From NCBI GenBank assembly GCA_021159225.1, contig JAGGSE010000232.1:23015-87014 (forward strand): 64,000 nucleotides of DNA, written 5' to 3'. Below are positions 23,416 to 31,718 of this stretch, piece by piece (the first letter of the stretch is position 1; the number at the start of each line of letters is the position of its first letter). Source of the stretch: a bacterium. Its GTDB lineage: Bacteria; Patescibacteriota; Minisyncoccia; Minisyncoccales; JAGGSE01. The notes under the pieces are model-generated. The model made no database searches, was not told the origin of the DNA, and was given only the letters and a program-made list of their open reading frames with translations. A program made the translations under genes and the position numbers.

Positions 23416-24365
23416 TGTTGAATCCTATATCTGAACTTCGAAGGGCATTAGCAGAGAATACTGGTGGCGGTTATGAAGGTATCGCTGATATCCTGCCGAA
23501 GGAAGTTGATAAGATCATCACCCAGATGGTCGAGCACCTTAACCCGCTGAGACAGAATATACCTAGGAAACCCGGTTCTGGTGCAGGGGTTTACATCAAT
23601 CGTAGAACCCCTGGTGCTGCTAAGGCTGCGTTCTATGCTGATACTGATTCTTTTGATGAAGAAACCGGTACTTATGAACAGGTCGAGTTCCTTTATAAGA
23701 CTATCGGAACACAAGGGAAGGTTACTCGTAAGGCGCGCGCTATCGGTTCTAAGTACGTTGATATTCTAACAGCTGAGATGGAGGCGAAGGCAGAGGATTT
23801 CAAAGATAAAGAGGAGTATGCTATTTGTTGGGGAGACTCCAGCGCCAACGCTAAGGAGTTTGACGGACTGTACAAGCTGTGCGATTCCTCGAATATTATT
23901 CCTGCTGGGTCCGACAACACAGGTGGTGATTTAACTCTGGCACTGCTGGATCAGGCTTTGGACGCCATTCGTGGTATGCCCAGTTTGATCGTATGTTCAA
24001 AGAGGACCCGTAGAAGGATTAGGGCATTGCTCCAGGCACAGCAAAGGTTCATTAACATGGTGAAGGTGAAAGGTGGATTTGAGGTTTTGAGTTATAACGA
24101 GGTTCCTATTTTGGTTAGCAACCAGATTCCGGATACTCAGCAGGTGAGTGCTAGCGGTGCTACAATTACTTCTCTCACAGGAGGTAATTTGAGTACTCTG
24201 TTTGTAGTTGATACAAGCAAAGTATTCGTCTCTGAGTTGACCCCGCTAACCGTTCAACCGCTGGCTAAGGAAAGTAGTCAGTATGATAAGTTTGATATCT
24301 TCGCTGATGAGGTGTTGGTAGCCAGAGATCCTCAAGCAATTTCGTGCATTGTAGGTATCAGGTAA
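23415..24365 (+). CDS. major capsid protein (HK97-fold by position and size)
   Basis: The 316-aa gene is start-stop coupled (TAATG) directly after the protease-scaffold gene. It is followed by the strongest terminator in the window. Confidence 0.7.
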   Translation: MLNPISELRRALAENTGGGYEGIADILPKEVDKIITQMVEHLNPLRQNIPRKPGSGAGVYINRRTPGAAKAAFYADTDSFDEETGTYEQVEFLYKTIGTQGKVTRKARAIGSKYVDILTAEMEAKAEDFKDKEEYAICWGDSSANAKEFDGLYKLCDSSNIIPAGSDNTGGDLTLALLDQALDAIRGMPSLIVCSKRTRRRIRALLQAQQRFINMVKVKGGFEVLSYNEVPILVSNQIPDTQQVSASGATITSLTGGNLSTLFVVDTSKVFVSELTPLTVQPLAKESSQYDKFDIFADEVLVARDPQAISCIVGIR

Positions 24366-24373
24366 TTAGTTCA

Positions 24374-24436
24374 GTTAAGAAGTAGTATAAAAACCCTCAA
24401 CGTGTTGACGTTGGGGGTTTTTTGTTGCTTCTTAAC
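24374..24436 (+). terminator. rho-independent terminator after the capsid gene
   Basis: A 9-bp GC-rich stem (CCCTCAACG 24394-24402 / CGTTGGGGG 24409-24417, one G-U pair) is followed by a T-run at 24418-24424. The outer arms GTTAAGAAG / CTTCTTAAC extend the hairpin. Confidence 0.7.
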
Positions 24437-24446
24437 TAGTTGGTAC

Positions 24447-24475
24447 TTGCTTTTCTGTGGGAAAGTCGGTAAAAA
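24447..24475 (+). promoter_or_regulatory. promoter candidate sharing the CTTGC..TTTTCTGTG box
   Basis: TTGCTT (24447-24452), a 17-nt spacer and TAAAAA (24470-24475) lie directly after the terminator. Confidence 0.3.
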
Positions 24476-24513
24476 CTTACTATAAGTACTTGTGGTGTAA
24501 TGAGGAGGTTGTT

Positions 24514-24882
24514 GTGATAGAGTTAGAATATAAAGGGCCTTATGAGGGTGAATATTGGGAGATGCCCACGTATAGGGAGTTAGTTCGAGTTTATAAGGGG
24601 CGGTGTAAGGTGAAGTATGAAGACACCGCACAAACTTTGGAGATGCACGGGTTTGTTCGAGTTACCAAAAGTGAACCGGTTAAGAAGGTCGAAGTGTCTG
24701 TAGATACTACTCCGGCTCCTCTCCCAGAGTCGAGTCGAGAGCGCAAAGTGATTGAAATGTATAGAGACGGAAATGCTTCGGTCTCGATGATTTCTAAAAC
24801 TTTGCGAATGAGTAAGAAGAAAGTTGAGGCGATTCTCGAGACTTACAAAGCTTGCTTAAACGAAGGAGACAGGAATGTTTAA
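24514..24882 (+). CDS. small protein with C-terminal helix-turn-helix
   Basis: GAGGAGG lies 5 nt before GTG 24514. RERKVIEMYRDGNASVSMISKTLRMSKKKVEAIL resembles sigma-region-4/LuxR-type HTH. Confidence 0.45.
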   Translation: MIELEYKGPYEGEYWEMPTYRELVRVYKGRCKVKYEDTAQTLEMHGFVRVTKSEPVKKVEVSVDTTPAPLPESSRERKVIEMYRDGNASVSMISKTLRMSKKKVEAILETYKACLNEGDRNV

Positions 24883-25690
24883 ACAAGTTTACACCGGGAG
24901 TGAGATAAGGCTGCAGTTTGATTTCGTTGTAGGAGGTCAAACTGTCCTTGTTTCACAACCTCAGGCAGATGTTTTCGATCCTTTTGGAAATAAAGTGGAT
25001 GTAGTTGATCTTGTTTTTTCTGGCGGACATTATTTGACTTATTGGACTACTCCTTCTGCTACGTTAGGGTCCTACGTTGCAATCGGCCGAGGAAAGTATG
25101 GTTATGAAGACCTTCTAGCCAATTCTCAAGTCAGGTTCGATGTCGTTTCGTCGTTGACTACTGAGCTTGTTACATTAGATGAAGTAAAAGAGTATTTGCA
25201 CGTAGATGATTTTTCTGAAGATCCCTTTCTCAGAGCCCTCCTTTTGGCTGCCTCGTCCGCGATTTTGGCGTATACACAGTTGAAATTAGGTTCTGTTAGT
25301 GAAACAGAGCGCTGTTTCTTGTCGGGAGCTACTCAGTATGGACTGAGATACTTTCCCATTTCTGAAATCACTGAGATTAAGCTCGACAGTGTGGATTTGG
25401 TTGAGGATACTGATTATTTTGTAGAACTGTCCACAGGTCTTATTAAGTTTTTCGTACCACAAACTGGTTTCTTTGAATGTACTTACACTTTTGGACTTTC
25501 CCAAATCCCTTCTCCGGTTAAACTCGCCTGTTTGAAGCTCGTTGCCGCTCTTTATAACCTGCGGGAATCTGAAGGTTTTTCCAGTCGCCGTTTATTGAGT
25601 AACGTTGAGAACTACTTGAGAGACGCGAAGATGGATGTAATGACTGAAGTTAGGAGTTTACTCGCTCCGTATAAACGTAAATTAGTTTAG
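24875..25690 (+). CDS. head-tail connector/adaptor (gp6-like) with an extra N-terminal domain
   Basis: LVTLDEVKEYLHVDDFSEDPFLRALLLAASSAILAYTQ is the typical gp6-like head-tail connector signature. Confidence 0.65.
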   Translation: MFKQVYTGSEIRLQFDFVVGGQTVLVSQPQADVFDPFGNKVDVVDLVFSGGHYLTYWTTPSATLGSYVAIGRGKYGYEDLLANSQVRFDVVSSLTTELVTLDEVKEYLHVDDFSEDPFLRALLLAASSAILAYTQLKLGSVSETERCFLSGATQYGLRYFPISEITEIKLDSVDLVEDTDYFVELSTGLIKFFVPQTGFFECTYTFGLSQIPSPVKLACLKLVAALYNLRESEGFSSRRLLSNVENYLRDAKMDVMTEVRSLLAPYKRKLV

Positions 25691-25709
25691 TTACAGGAAG
25701 GAGGTTGTT

Positions 25710-27602
25710 ATGATTACCGCTGTAACGTTTACGTCGGAAGATGTAGTCGCGTTTTTGAACACTACACTACCTTTTCACATTGAGGGCATTCCTTTAGTTG
25801 TAGTTGGACAGGATCAACGAGATCTTACCAAAGTCTTGAACTGTCGTACTTATGAAGGGGGAAAGACTTTTGGTAGGAAGTTACTTGCTGGATTAGAGAA
25901 GGTCGAAACGGAGTATTTTGTTTTTGTACACCCAAAGGCGGCTCTCTCTAATTTAGACTTCCTTGGTGAGGCTTTGAAAGTTCTTTCTTCCCCTGAAGTT
26001 GGTTTTGTAGTTCCTGGACTTCCTAAGGGTGTGGGACCACAGAGCTATAAGAGGAAAGACAGAGGAGCATTAGCTCGGATTGCCCCTTGGTGTTTCGCGT
26101 TCAGAACAGAGGAGGCTATTACTCTGTTTGAGAAAGCTCTGAAGGTGTTTCAAGACGAGCGAATTGTTCAGCTTGTATGTTATGAGCTGATGAAGCAAGG
26201 TCGTTTTAGCTATGTACTCCCAATGTACACTTTGGATATGGAAGAGGATTTTAGTGATCTGAAACTTGACGCGAGGTTCAGAACTCAACCGTTGGAGCCA
26301 GTATTAATCTATCAATATCGCCGGTTGAAGGACATCCCCTCTACTGCGAAATCTTTGTTCAAGGATGTCATTGTTTGCACTCCTTTAGACGTTCCTGAAA
26401 TTGATCAGGGAAAGTTGATTTTTGTTCTGAGAGAGGGTGAGGATTTTGCCGATATTTTTACCCTTGAGCAATTGCAAAGGATGTGTGACAATCCTGATCC
26501 GTTTGTTTTCGCGTACCAATTTCCTGTACTACGGACTTGGTCGGATAATCGATATTTGAAAGATCAAGTTACTTGGGAAATTAGGGCTTTTGCTTCCTTT
26601 GAAAAGATTGCCCCGCGTATTTTGATTAATCCTTACTACGGGCAACAGCTTCCTTATGAAGGCCTACGCCCAGTTAATGTGCCCATTATCAAGAAGGTTA
26701 ATGACTTACCCGACAATTGTTCTATTGCGAGACTTCGTACTCCTACCTTGACTATTGCAACGATTATGAAGGACGAAATGAAAAACCTCCCCACGTATTT
26801 GGGCACTGCTCTTCCTTTTGCTCAACAGGTGATTTTGGTAGACACCGGTTCTCAAGATGAATCTCTGTCTTTTGCAAAGCGCTTTGGAGCTGAGGTGTTA
26901 GAGACTAAATTAGATAAAGACTTCTCTAAAGCGCGGAATTTGTACTTACAGAGGGCGAACGGCACTTGGCTCCTTCAACAGGACCTGGACGAAATTGTTG
27001 ACTATAAGCAGATTTACGCAGTGATGTTGGAAACACCTGAGAATACAGACGCGGTCCAGCTTCAGGTGCACAATTTAACTCCGCAAGAGGGGACGGTCAT
27101 CTATCAAGATGCCATTCGTTTGGTTAAGAACCCACGAACTTGGTACTACTCAAATCGGGTTCACGAGACGTTTGAACGCTGCGCTACTGAGGAGAACCGT
27201 GTTGTATCACGAGTTAATGATGTAGTGATTTACCACCTAGGATTTCTGTCCCCACGCATGAAAGAGAAACTCTCTTTTTATCGAGAGTTGATCAACATGC
27301 AGTTAGAGGAGGAACCGGAAAACCCCTTACCGTATTTTAATCTCGCGCTCGATCTGTTGAACGAGTATGAAGAGCATCCTGAAAATTTGGACGTAGCGCT
27401 CAAACTCCTCCTTCAAGCAACTTCTCTCCATCCGAGTTTTGCCCTTGCACAGTACGAAGTTTCGAGAGTATATTGTCAAAAAGCACTCGAGGCAATTGAG
27501 AGGACCCTCGAAGTTGTGCCACCTCAACATCCTATGGTGAATGCTATTAAGAAGGTTTACGGACCTTTGAAAGAGTACACCAAAAGGTATATTGTGAGAT
27601 GA
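25710..27602 (+). CDS. family-2 glycosyltransferase with TPR-like C-terminus (630 aa)
   Basis: LTIATIMKDEMKNLPTYLGTALPFAQQVILVDTGSQDESLSFAKRFGAEV...LQQDLDEIV is a GT-A fold pattern with D.DE. TPR-like helices occupy the last ~100 aa. The N-terminal half may be a second GT-like domain. Confidence 0.7.
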   Translation: MITAVTFTSEDVVAFLNTTLPFHIEGIPLVVVGQDQRDLTKVLNCRTYEGGKTFGRKLLAGLEKVETEYFVFVHPKAALSNLDFLGEALKVLSSPEVGFVVPGLPKGVGPQSYKRKDRGALARIAPWCFAFRTEEAITLFEKALKVFQDERIVQLVCYELMKQGRFSYVLPMYTLDMEEDFSDLKLDARFRTQPLEPVLIYQYRRLKDIPSTAKSLFKDVIVCTPLDVPEIDQGKLIFVLREGEDFADIFTLEQLQRMCDNPDPFVFAYQFPVLRTWSDNRYLKDQVTWEIRAFASFEKIAPRILINPYYGQQLPYEGLRPVNVPIIKKVNDLPDNCSIARLRTPTLTIATIMKDEMKNLPTYLGTALPFAQQVILVDTGSQDESLSFAKRFGAEVLETKLDKDFSKARNLYLQRANGTWLLQQDLDEIVDYKQIYAVMLETPENTDAVQLQVHNLTPQEGTVIYQDAIRLVKNPRTWYYSNRVHETFERCATEENRVVSRVNDVVIYHLGFLSPRMKEKLSFYRELINMQLEEEPENPLPYFNLALDLLNEYEEHPENLDVALKLLLQATSLHPSFALAQYEVSRVYCQKALEAIERTLEVVPPQHPMVNAIKKVYGPLKEYTKRYIVR

Positions 27603-28180
27603 CCAATCTCGTTGGCTTTCATTACAGACAGCGTGTTTACACGGTTCGTCGGTATACCACTTGTGTTACAGTGGAGTTATCTTGCAAAAGAGGAGTTCCT
27701 ACTGCTTTGAACATTTCGCAAATACATCCTGAAGCTACGTTGCGATTGACCTGGTTAGGAGATACACCGAGCGTGTTGTGCACGTTAGTCGGGGCCTCTG
27801 TAACTGAAACTCTTACTTTAACTAAGTTTAGCGCGTCTCTTACGTCAAATAAGTTTCCTGGGCTGGAGTACGTTACGTGTACTCAGGATGGTTCCCTTTC
27901 GATTTATACCACCGAAGAAGTTGGTCTTGACATAGGACAAGTCACCGGCGCGGTTTATACTACTAGAAGGGCTATAGGAACGGATGAGTTTGGTCGTGTT
28001 ACGTTAGTCTCTTCGAGTGTAATGGTGTGTTTACCCGGAGTTGAAATTCGCTCTGACGATGTACTGATTGACCAAGAAACGAACGAGACTTTTTCTGTAG
28101 TAGAGGCACAGCAAGCTTTTGATCGAAGAGGTAGATTGCATCATTGGGAACTTGATGTTGTACGGATAAGAGAACGATGA
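27599..28180 (+). CDS. hypothetical head-tail joining region protein
   Basis: It has ATGA coupling at both ends and is called by position only. Confidence 0.4.
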   Translation: MTNLVGFHYRQRVYTVRRYTTCVTVELSCKRGVPTALNISQIHPEATLRLTWLGDTPSVLCTLVGASVTETLTLTKFSASLTSNKFPGLEYVTCTQDGSLSIYTTEEVGLDIGQVTGAVYTTRRAIGTDEFGRVTLVSSSVMVCLPGVEIRSDDVLIDQETNETFSVVEAQQAFDRRGRLHHWELDVVRIRER

Positions 28181-28554
28181 GACTGTTAATTCGATTACCT
28201 TCTGTTTCGAAGATTTACGATGACCTTGAGAGAAGGAAGCAAAAGTCCATCGATGTGATATTTGAGGAGGTTATTCGACTCGTTAGTGGTGAACCTCTTT
28301 CTAACGAGGAGTTACGCAGACGAGGACATCCTTACTCAAGGCGACGTCCTACTAACTTGTCCCCTTTGGTTCATATTCGTACTGGACGTTTAAAGGCTTC
28401 GATTCGTAAGAATCGCGACGGAATTGCTTTTGACACTGGTAAAGCACCCCATCTAAAATATGTGACTAAAGGTACAAGGCGGATGATCCCTCGAGACTTT
28501 ATTGCGGCTGCTCTCCAAAGGGCTTCAGATCGATTGAGGGAGATTTGGGAGTAG
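28177..28554 (+). CDS. HK97 gp10-like tail/neck component
   Basis: GHPYSRRRP...GKAPHLKYVTKGTRRMIPRDFI resembles the HK97 gp10-family C-terminal pattern. Confidence 0.5.
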   Translation: MRLLIRLPSVSKIYDDLERRKQKSIDVIFEEVIRLVSGEPLSNEELRRRGHPYSRRRPTNLSPLVHIRTGRLKASIRKNRDGIAFDTGKAPHLKYVTKGTRRMIPRDFIAAALQRASDRLREIWE

Positions 28555-28560
28555 GATAGT

Positions 28561-28989
28561 ATGATTTATTTGCACGAAGTTCAGTCGGATTTGAGTAGTA
28601 AGATTGAGTCCGTTTTGACGGATTTGGATCAAACGTATAATTTGGGGTTGATTAGAGCTCCGGTGATAGTTTCCTCCTTACCAGAGGATCGCGTTACTCC
28701 TTCTACTTACTTGAAAATGGAAGAGGTTTCAAGTCAAGAGAAGGTTTTCTTTCGGTGTACTGGAACGTTACTCGTTGAGTTATCTTTTGAGATAGGTGAA
28801 GATGTGGCTTCGAGCCTGATCCGGAAGTTAGGTAATAAGTTGCAAGATCAATTGGAGCGAAGAAATAATACTACCCATACCTACTATTCAGGTAGTGTTA
28901 AAAGAGTCACGTGGTCTCTTCCTAAGGAAGAGATGGTTAGAACAATTAAAGTTGAGTTCGAGGTACAAGGCATTGAGCAACCAATCTAG
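28561..28989 (+). CDS. hypothetical neck/tail-terminator-position protein
   Basis: The call rests on its position between the gp10-like gene and the tail tube gene. No motif was recognised. Confidence 0.4.
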   Translation: MIYLHEVQSDLSSKIESVLTDLDQTYNLGLIRAPVIVSSLPEDRVTPSTYLKMEEVSSQEKVFFRCTGTLLVELSFEIGEDVASSLIRKLGNKLQDQLERRNNTTHTYYSGSVKRVTWSLPKEEMVRTIKVEFEVQGIEQPI

Positions 28990-29209
28990 TGCTTGGAAGT
29001 GCTCAAGTTGTGGGGCCGTCCTAGGTTACCTGGATGGTACAGACATCTTGCGTATCAAGTATAAGGACTTATACTTTTACGTAAATGTTATAAGAGGAGC
29101 TTCGTTGATAAAGTGTTTGTGTCGTAAGTGTGGTAAAGTTAATGAAGTTATGGCGAAAGCGATGAAGATGAGTGAACCTGCTGTGATCGAACTGGAGAAG
29201 TACTTGTAG
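28973..29209 (+). CDS. zinc-ribbon protein (Mu Com-like layout)
   Basis: Two CxxC pairs (CSSCGAVL ... CRKCGKVNEV) are separated by a beta-like segment. The start is probably TTG 28973. Confidence 0.4.
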   Translation: MSNQSSAWKCSSCGAVLGYLDGTDILRIKYKDLYFYVNVIRGASLIKCLCRKCGKVNEVMAKAMKMSEPAVIELEKYL

Positions 29210-29291
29210 TGAGTTAGGTTGTTGAGGTACACACTTAATTTGAGGAGGTGAGAATTGTAAATGAACACACCAACTTATAACACCAAAAGAT

Positions 29292-30498
29292 TGAGTTTCG
29301 GGCCTAAGTGACACTGGGCCCGTAAAACCTCTGCTGATCAACGGGGAAACACAATGGTATCCACTCAGCTAAATGAGATTTTAGATGGATTAATTTTCAG
29401 TGATGGGCATATTGCTTATTGTAAGGCTGGTGACTATAGGTTCGAGTTGGGGACGACCAAGCGTTTGTACGCAGAGCAAGTTTGTAACCTTCTTCGTCCT
29501 GTTATTTCCTGTTCTATTAGAGAACAAGTACGTATTGGATTTGGGAAGAAATTTATCTCTTACAGAGTTGTTGGATATAAAGCTCCTGTTATGAAGAATC
29601 TTCACTATCGTTGGTATGATGATAAAAAGAAAAAGCTTCCCAAAGATTTTAGATGGACGCCTACTACTTTGAACGTTGCTTATTGTGGTGATGGTACTGT
29701 TATTGAGAATAGCCCGACTATGTGCTTAAATAGTTGGGCGGTTCCCGAGGTGAAAGAGATAGTTAGGTGCTTTGAAGAGTTGGGCTTGTATGGGACGGTT
29801 GTCCAAACCCCAACAGGACCGATTTTTAGGTTACATCAAGATTGTGCCCTAGATTTCTTCGAGTACATAGGAGACCCACTAATTCCGTTTCACTCTTATA
29901 AGTGGATTACCGTTGTCAACCCCCAGCAAGCAGTTCGCGCGACTCTGTGGGACGATGACCTAGCTCAAAAGGTTGCGAGGTGTATTAAGAAGATTATGAT
30001 TTTACGCGTTTGGGGAGGTTCGAAGGAACGGCGGTACTTGTCGTACTTTCCTGAGTTAGTCGTAATGGTTAATGATAAAGACGTTAAAGATGCCCTTCAG
30101 AGAATCAGAACTTCAAGGAAGAAAGGTGAGGTTGTAGTTAGAGGTCGACAAGCGAAACGTGTTTTAGAAAGGGTCCATTTGTTTCTTCCGGACGATAAAC
30201 GAATGTTAGCTACAATTGCGTTAGCTTTGCCTCTTGGGCGGAGGAAGAAAGATTTGAAGGAAGTTCTATATCAGTTTTTCTGGACGAAATTTAATGAATT
30301 AAATCCGCCCGAGAGAAGACGGGGACCCAAAAGAGAGTTGAATAGCGAACTGCGGCTGCAGAGACTGAGCGTAGAGGACACTAACCTCTTTCAGGATCTG
30401 GTTAGTGTATACGACAGTCCGACCCCTACGGTGACGTAGGGAAGTAGTTGTACTACTTGCCCGAAAGGGTCAAGAAAAATAACAGGTTAAAGCGGGTG
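29292..30498 (+). mobile_element. hypothetical self-splicing (group I-type) intron carrying the homing endonuclease gene
   Basis: This is inference only. An orphan RBS plus 16-codon ORF lies upstream, and the tail tube ORF has no RBS. A U precedes the proposed 5' splice site and a G precedes the proposed 3' splice site. Hairpins, including a GAAA tetraloop, flank the endonuclease ORF. Confidence 0.25.
29354..30439 (+). CDS. LAGLIDADG-family homing endonuclease
   Basis: Two LAGLIDADG-type motifs are present: LDGLIFSDGHI and LNVAYCGDGTV. The C-terminal region is basic. Confidence 0.75.
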   Translation: MVSTQLNEILDGLIFSDGHIAYCKAGDYRFELGTTKRLYAEQVCNLLRPVISCSIREQVRIGFGKKFISYRVVGYKAPVMKNLHYRWYDDKKKKLPKDFRWTPTTLNVAYCGDGTVIENSPTMCLNSWAVPEVKEIVRCFEELGLYGTVVQTPTGPIFRLHQDCALDFFEYIGDPLIPFHSYKWITVVNPQQAVRATLWDDDLAQKVARCIKKIMILRVWGGSKERRYLSYFPELVVMVNDKDVKDALQRIRTSRKKGEVVVRGRQAKRVLERVHLFLPDDKRMLATIALALPLGRRKKDLKEVLYQFFWTKFNELNPPERRRGPKRELNSELRLQRLSVEDTNLFQDLVSVYDSPTPTVT

Positions 30499-30998
30499 TG
30501 CTTTATATTGGAAGCGCCGGCCAAACACCTACTATTGATATAGGCGCTGTTAAGACTGGAGCAACTCTAACATTTACTCGAGATAAACTCGAGGTTAAAC
30601 AGGGTTCTCCCGAGAAGTTGATCAAACAGTGGGTTGTTACTGAGACAGTTAAACTAGATGTTGTTGGTCATGAATGGAATCTTGAGAATTTGAGGTATGC
30701 TATTGGTTGTGGTATCATTCAAACTTCGGGAAATGAGAAGACGATGGATTTCGGCGGAGATATGGAAGTTACTGAAGCGTCGCTGAAGTTCGTTCACCAG
30801 ATGCCTGCTGGAGGAACTGTGGAAATTGATATTTGGAGAGCTCAGTCCGCAGGAGAACTCTCGATCGAGTTTGGGAACGATCCACACGAATTCCCTTACT
30901 CGTTCGTTGCTCTGGATGCCGATACTGCTTGGGATGGCACTACCTTGGATGAGAGGGGAAGGTTGTGCCGAATTAGGTTAATCGGTGACTTCTCCTAA
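30498..30998 (+). CDS. major tail tube protein (N-terminus possibly encoded upstream at 29261-29291)
   Basis: The 166-aa gene lies directly before the chaperone pair and the tape measure gene. It has a GTG start with no recognisable RBS. Confidence 0.55.
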   Translation: MLYIGSAGQTPTIDIGAVKTGATLTFTRDKLEVKQGSPEKLIKQWVVTETVKLDVVGHEWNLENLRYAIGCGIIQTSGNEKTMDFGGDMEVTEASLKFVHQMPAGGTVEIDIWRAQSAGELSIEFGNDPHEFPYSFVALDADTAWDGTTLDERGRLCRIRLIGDFS

Positions 30999-31051
30999 TT
31001 TTAGGTTAACTTAGTTAGTACAATTTAGACGCCCCAGGAGGTGCATTTATT

Positions 31052-31450
31052 ATGAAAGCTTTTGAAGAGTACATTGAAGGAGCTCGTGAAGTTACCTTAA
31101 GCAATGGGAACACGGTTGAGATTCCTCCGCTTACTTGGGGGAAGGAACTTAGGCTCTACAACATTCTAACTAAGGTCTTTTCTAAGCTTTCCGTTAGTAC
31201 TGATGCAGAAGGCAATCCTCAGTTCGATGAGTCCCAAGTCTACGCGTTCATGACCGCCTTTGCTAATGACGTGTCTGAGATTGCATCGATTATTTTCAAC
31301 AAAGACAAGAAGTGGGTTGAAAATAATCTGACCTCAAAGGATATGGTAGAGTTTATCGTCCCTTTGTCGCTTCACATTTTCGGAAAGCTAAATCTCGGAC
31401 TAACCAACGCGGTAACGAAGTTGGCAGAAGAGGCGGGGGAGACCCCATAG
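31052..31450 (+). CDS. tail assembly chaperone (gpG-like)
   Basis: It lies between the tube and tape measure genes. GGAGG precedes ATG 31052. Confidence 0.55.
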   Translation: MKAFEEYIEGAREVTLSNGNTVEIPPLTWGKELRLYNILTKVFSKLSVSTDAEGNPQFDESQVYAFMTAFANDVSEIASIIFNKDKKWVENNLTSKDMVEFIVPLSLHIFGKLNLGLTNAVTKLAEEAGETP

Positions 31451-31479
31451 AGAAGACCATAGCGCAGGTAGTCGACTTC

Positions 31480-31713
31480 TTGTGCTCTCAGTATGGATGG
31501 ACTCCTGACCAGGTTTTCGCCTTGACAAGGCCCACGATTGAGGGTTTACTAGAAGAAGCGAGAGAACGACTCCACGCTCAGTATCGTTTCTATGCTTCTC
31601 TAGTAGGCGCAGAACTTCGTGATGATTACGTTCGGCCAGATAGTGATGATCCACGTACCTTGTTGAAGAAAGTGCGAGATATTGGAGTCGATTTTGAGGT
31701 GGTTGGTGGGTAA
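31480..31713 (+). CDS. gpT-like frame, probably expressed as a -1 frameshift extension of the chaperone
   Basis: The ORF is in the -1 frame relative to 31052-31450. That frame is open from 31327, so it overlaps the end of the G frame. It has no RBS of its own. Confidence 0.45.
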   Translation: MCSQYGWTPDQVFALTRPTIEGLLEEARERLHAQYRFYASLVGAELRDDYVRPDSDDPRTLLKKVRDIGVDFEVVGG

Positions 31714-31718
31714 AGAAT

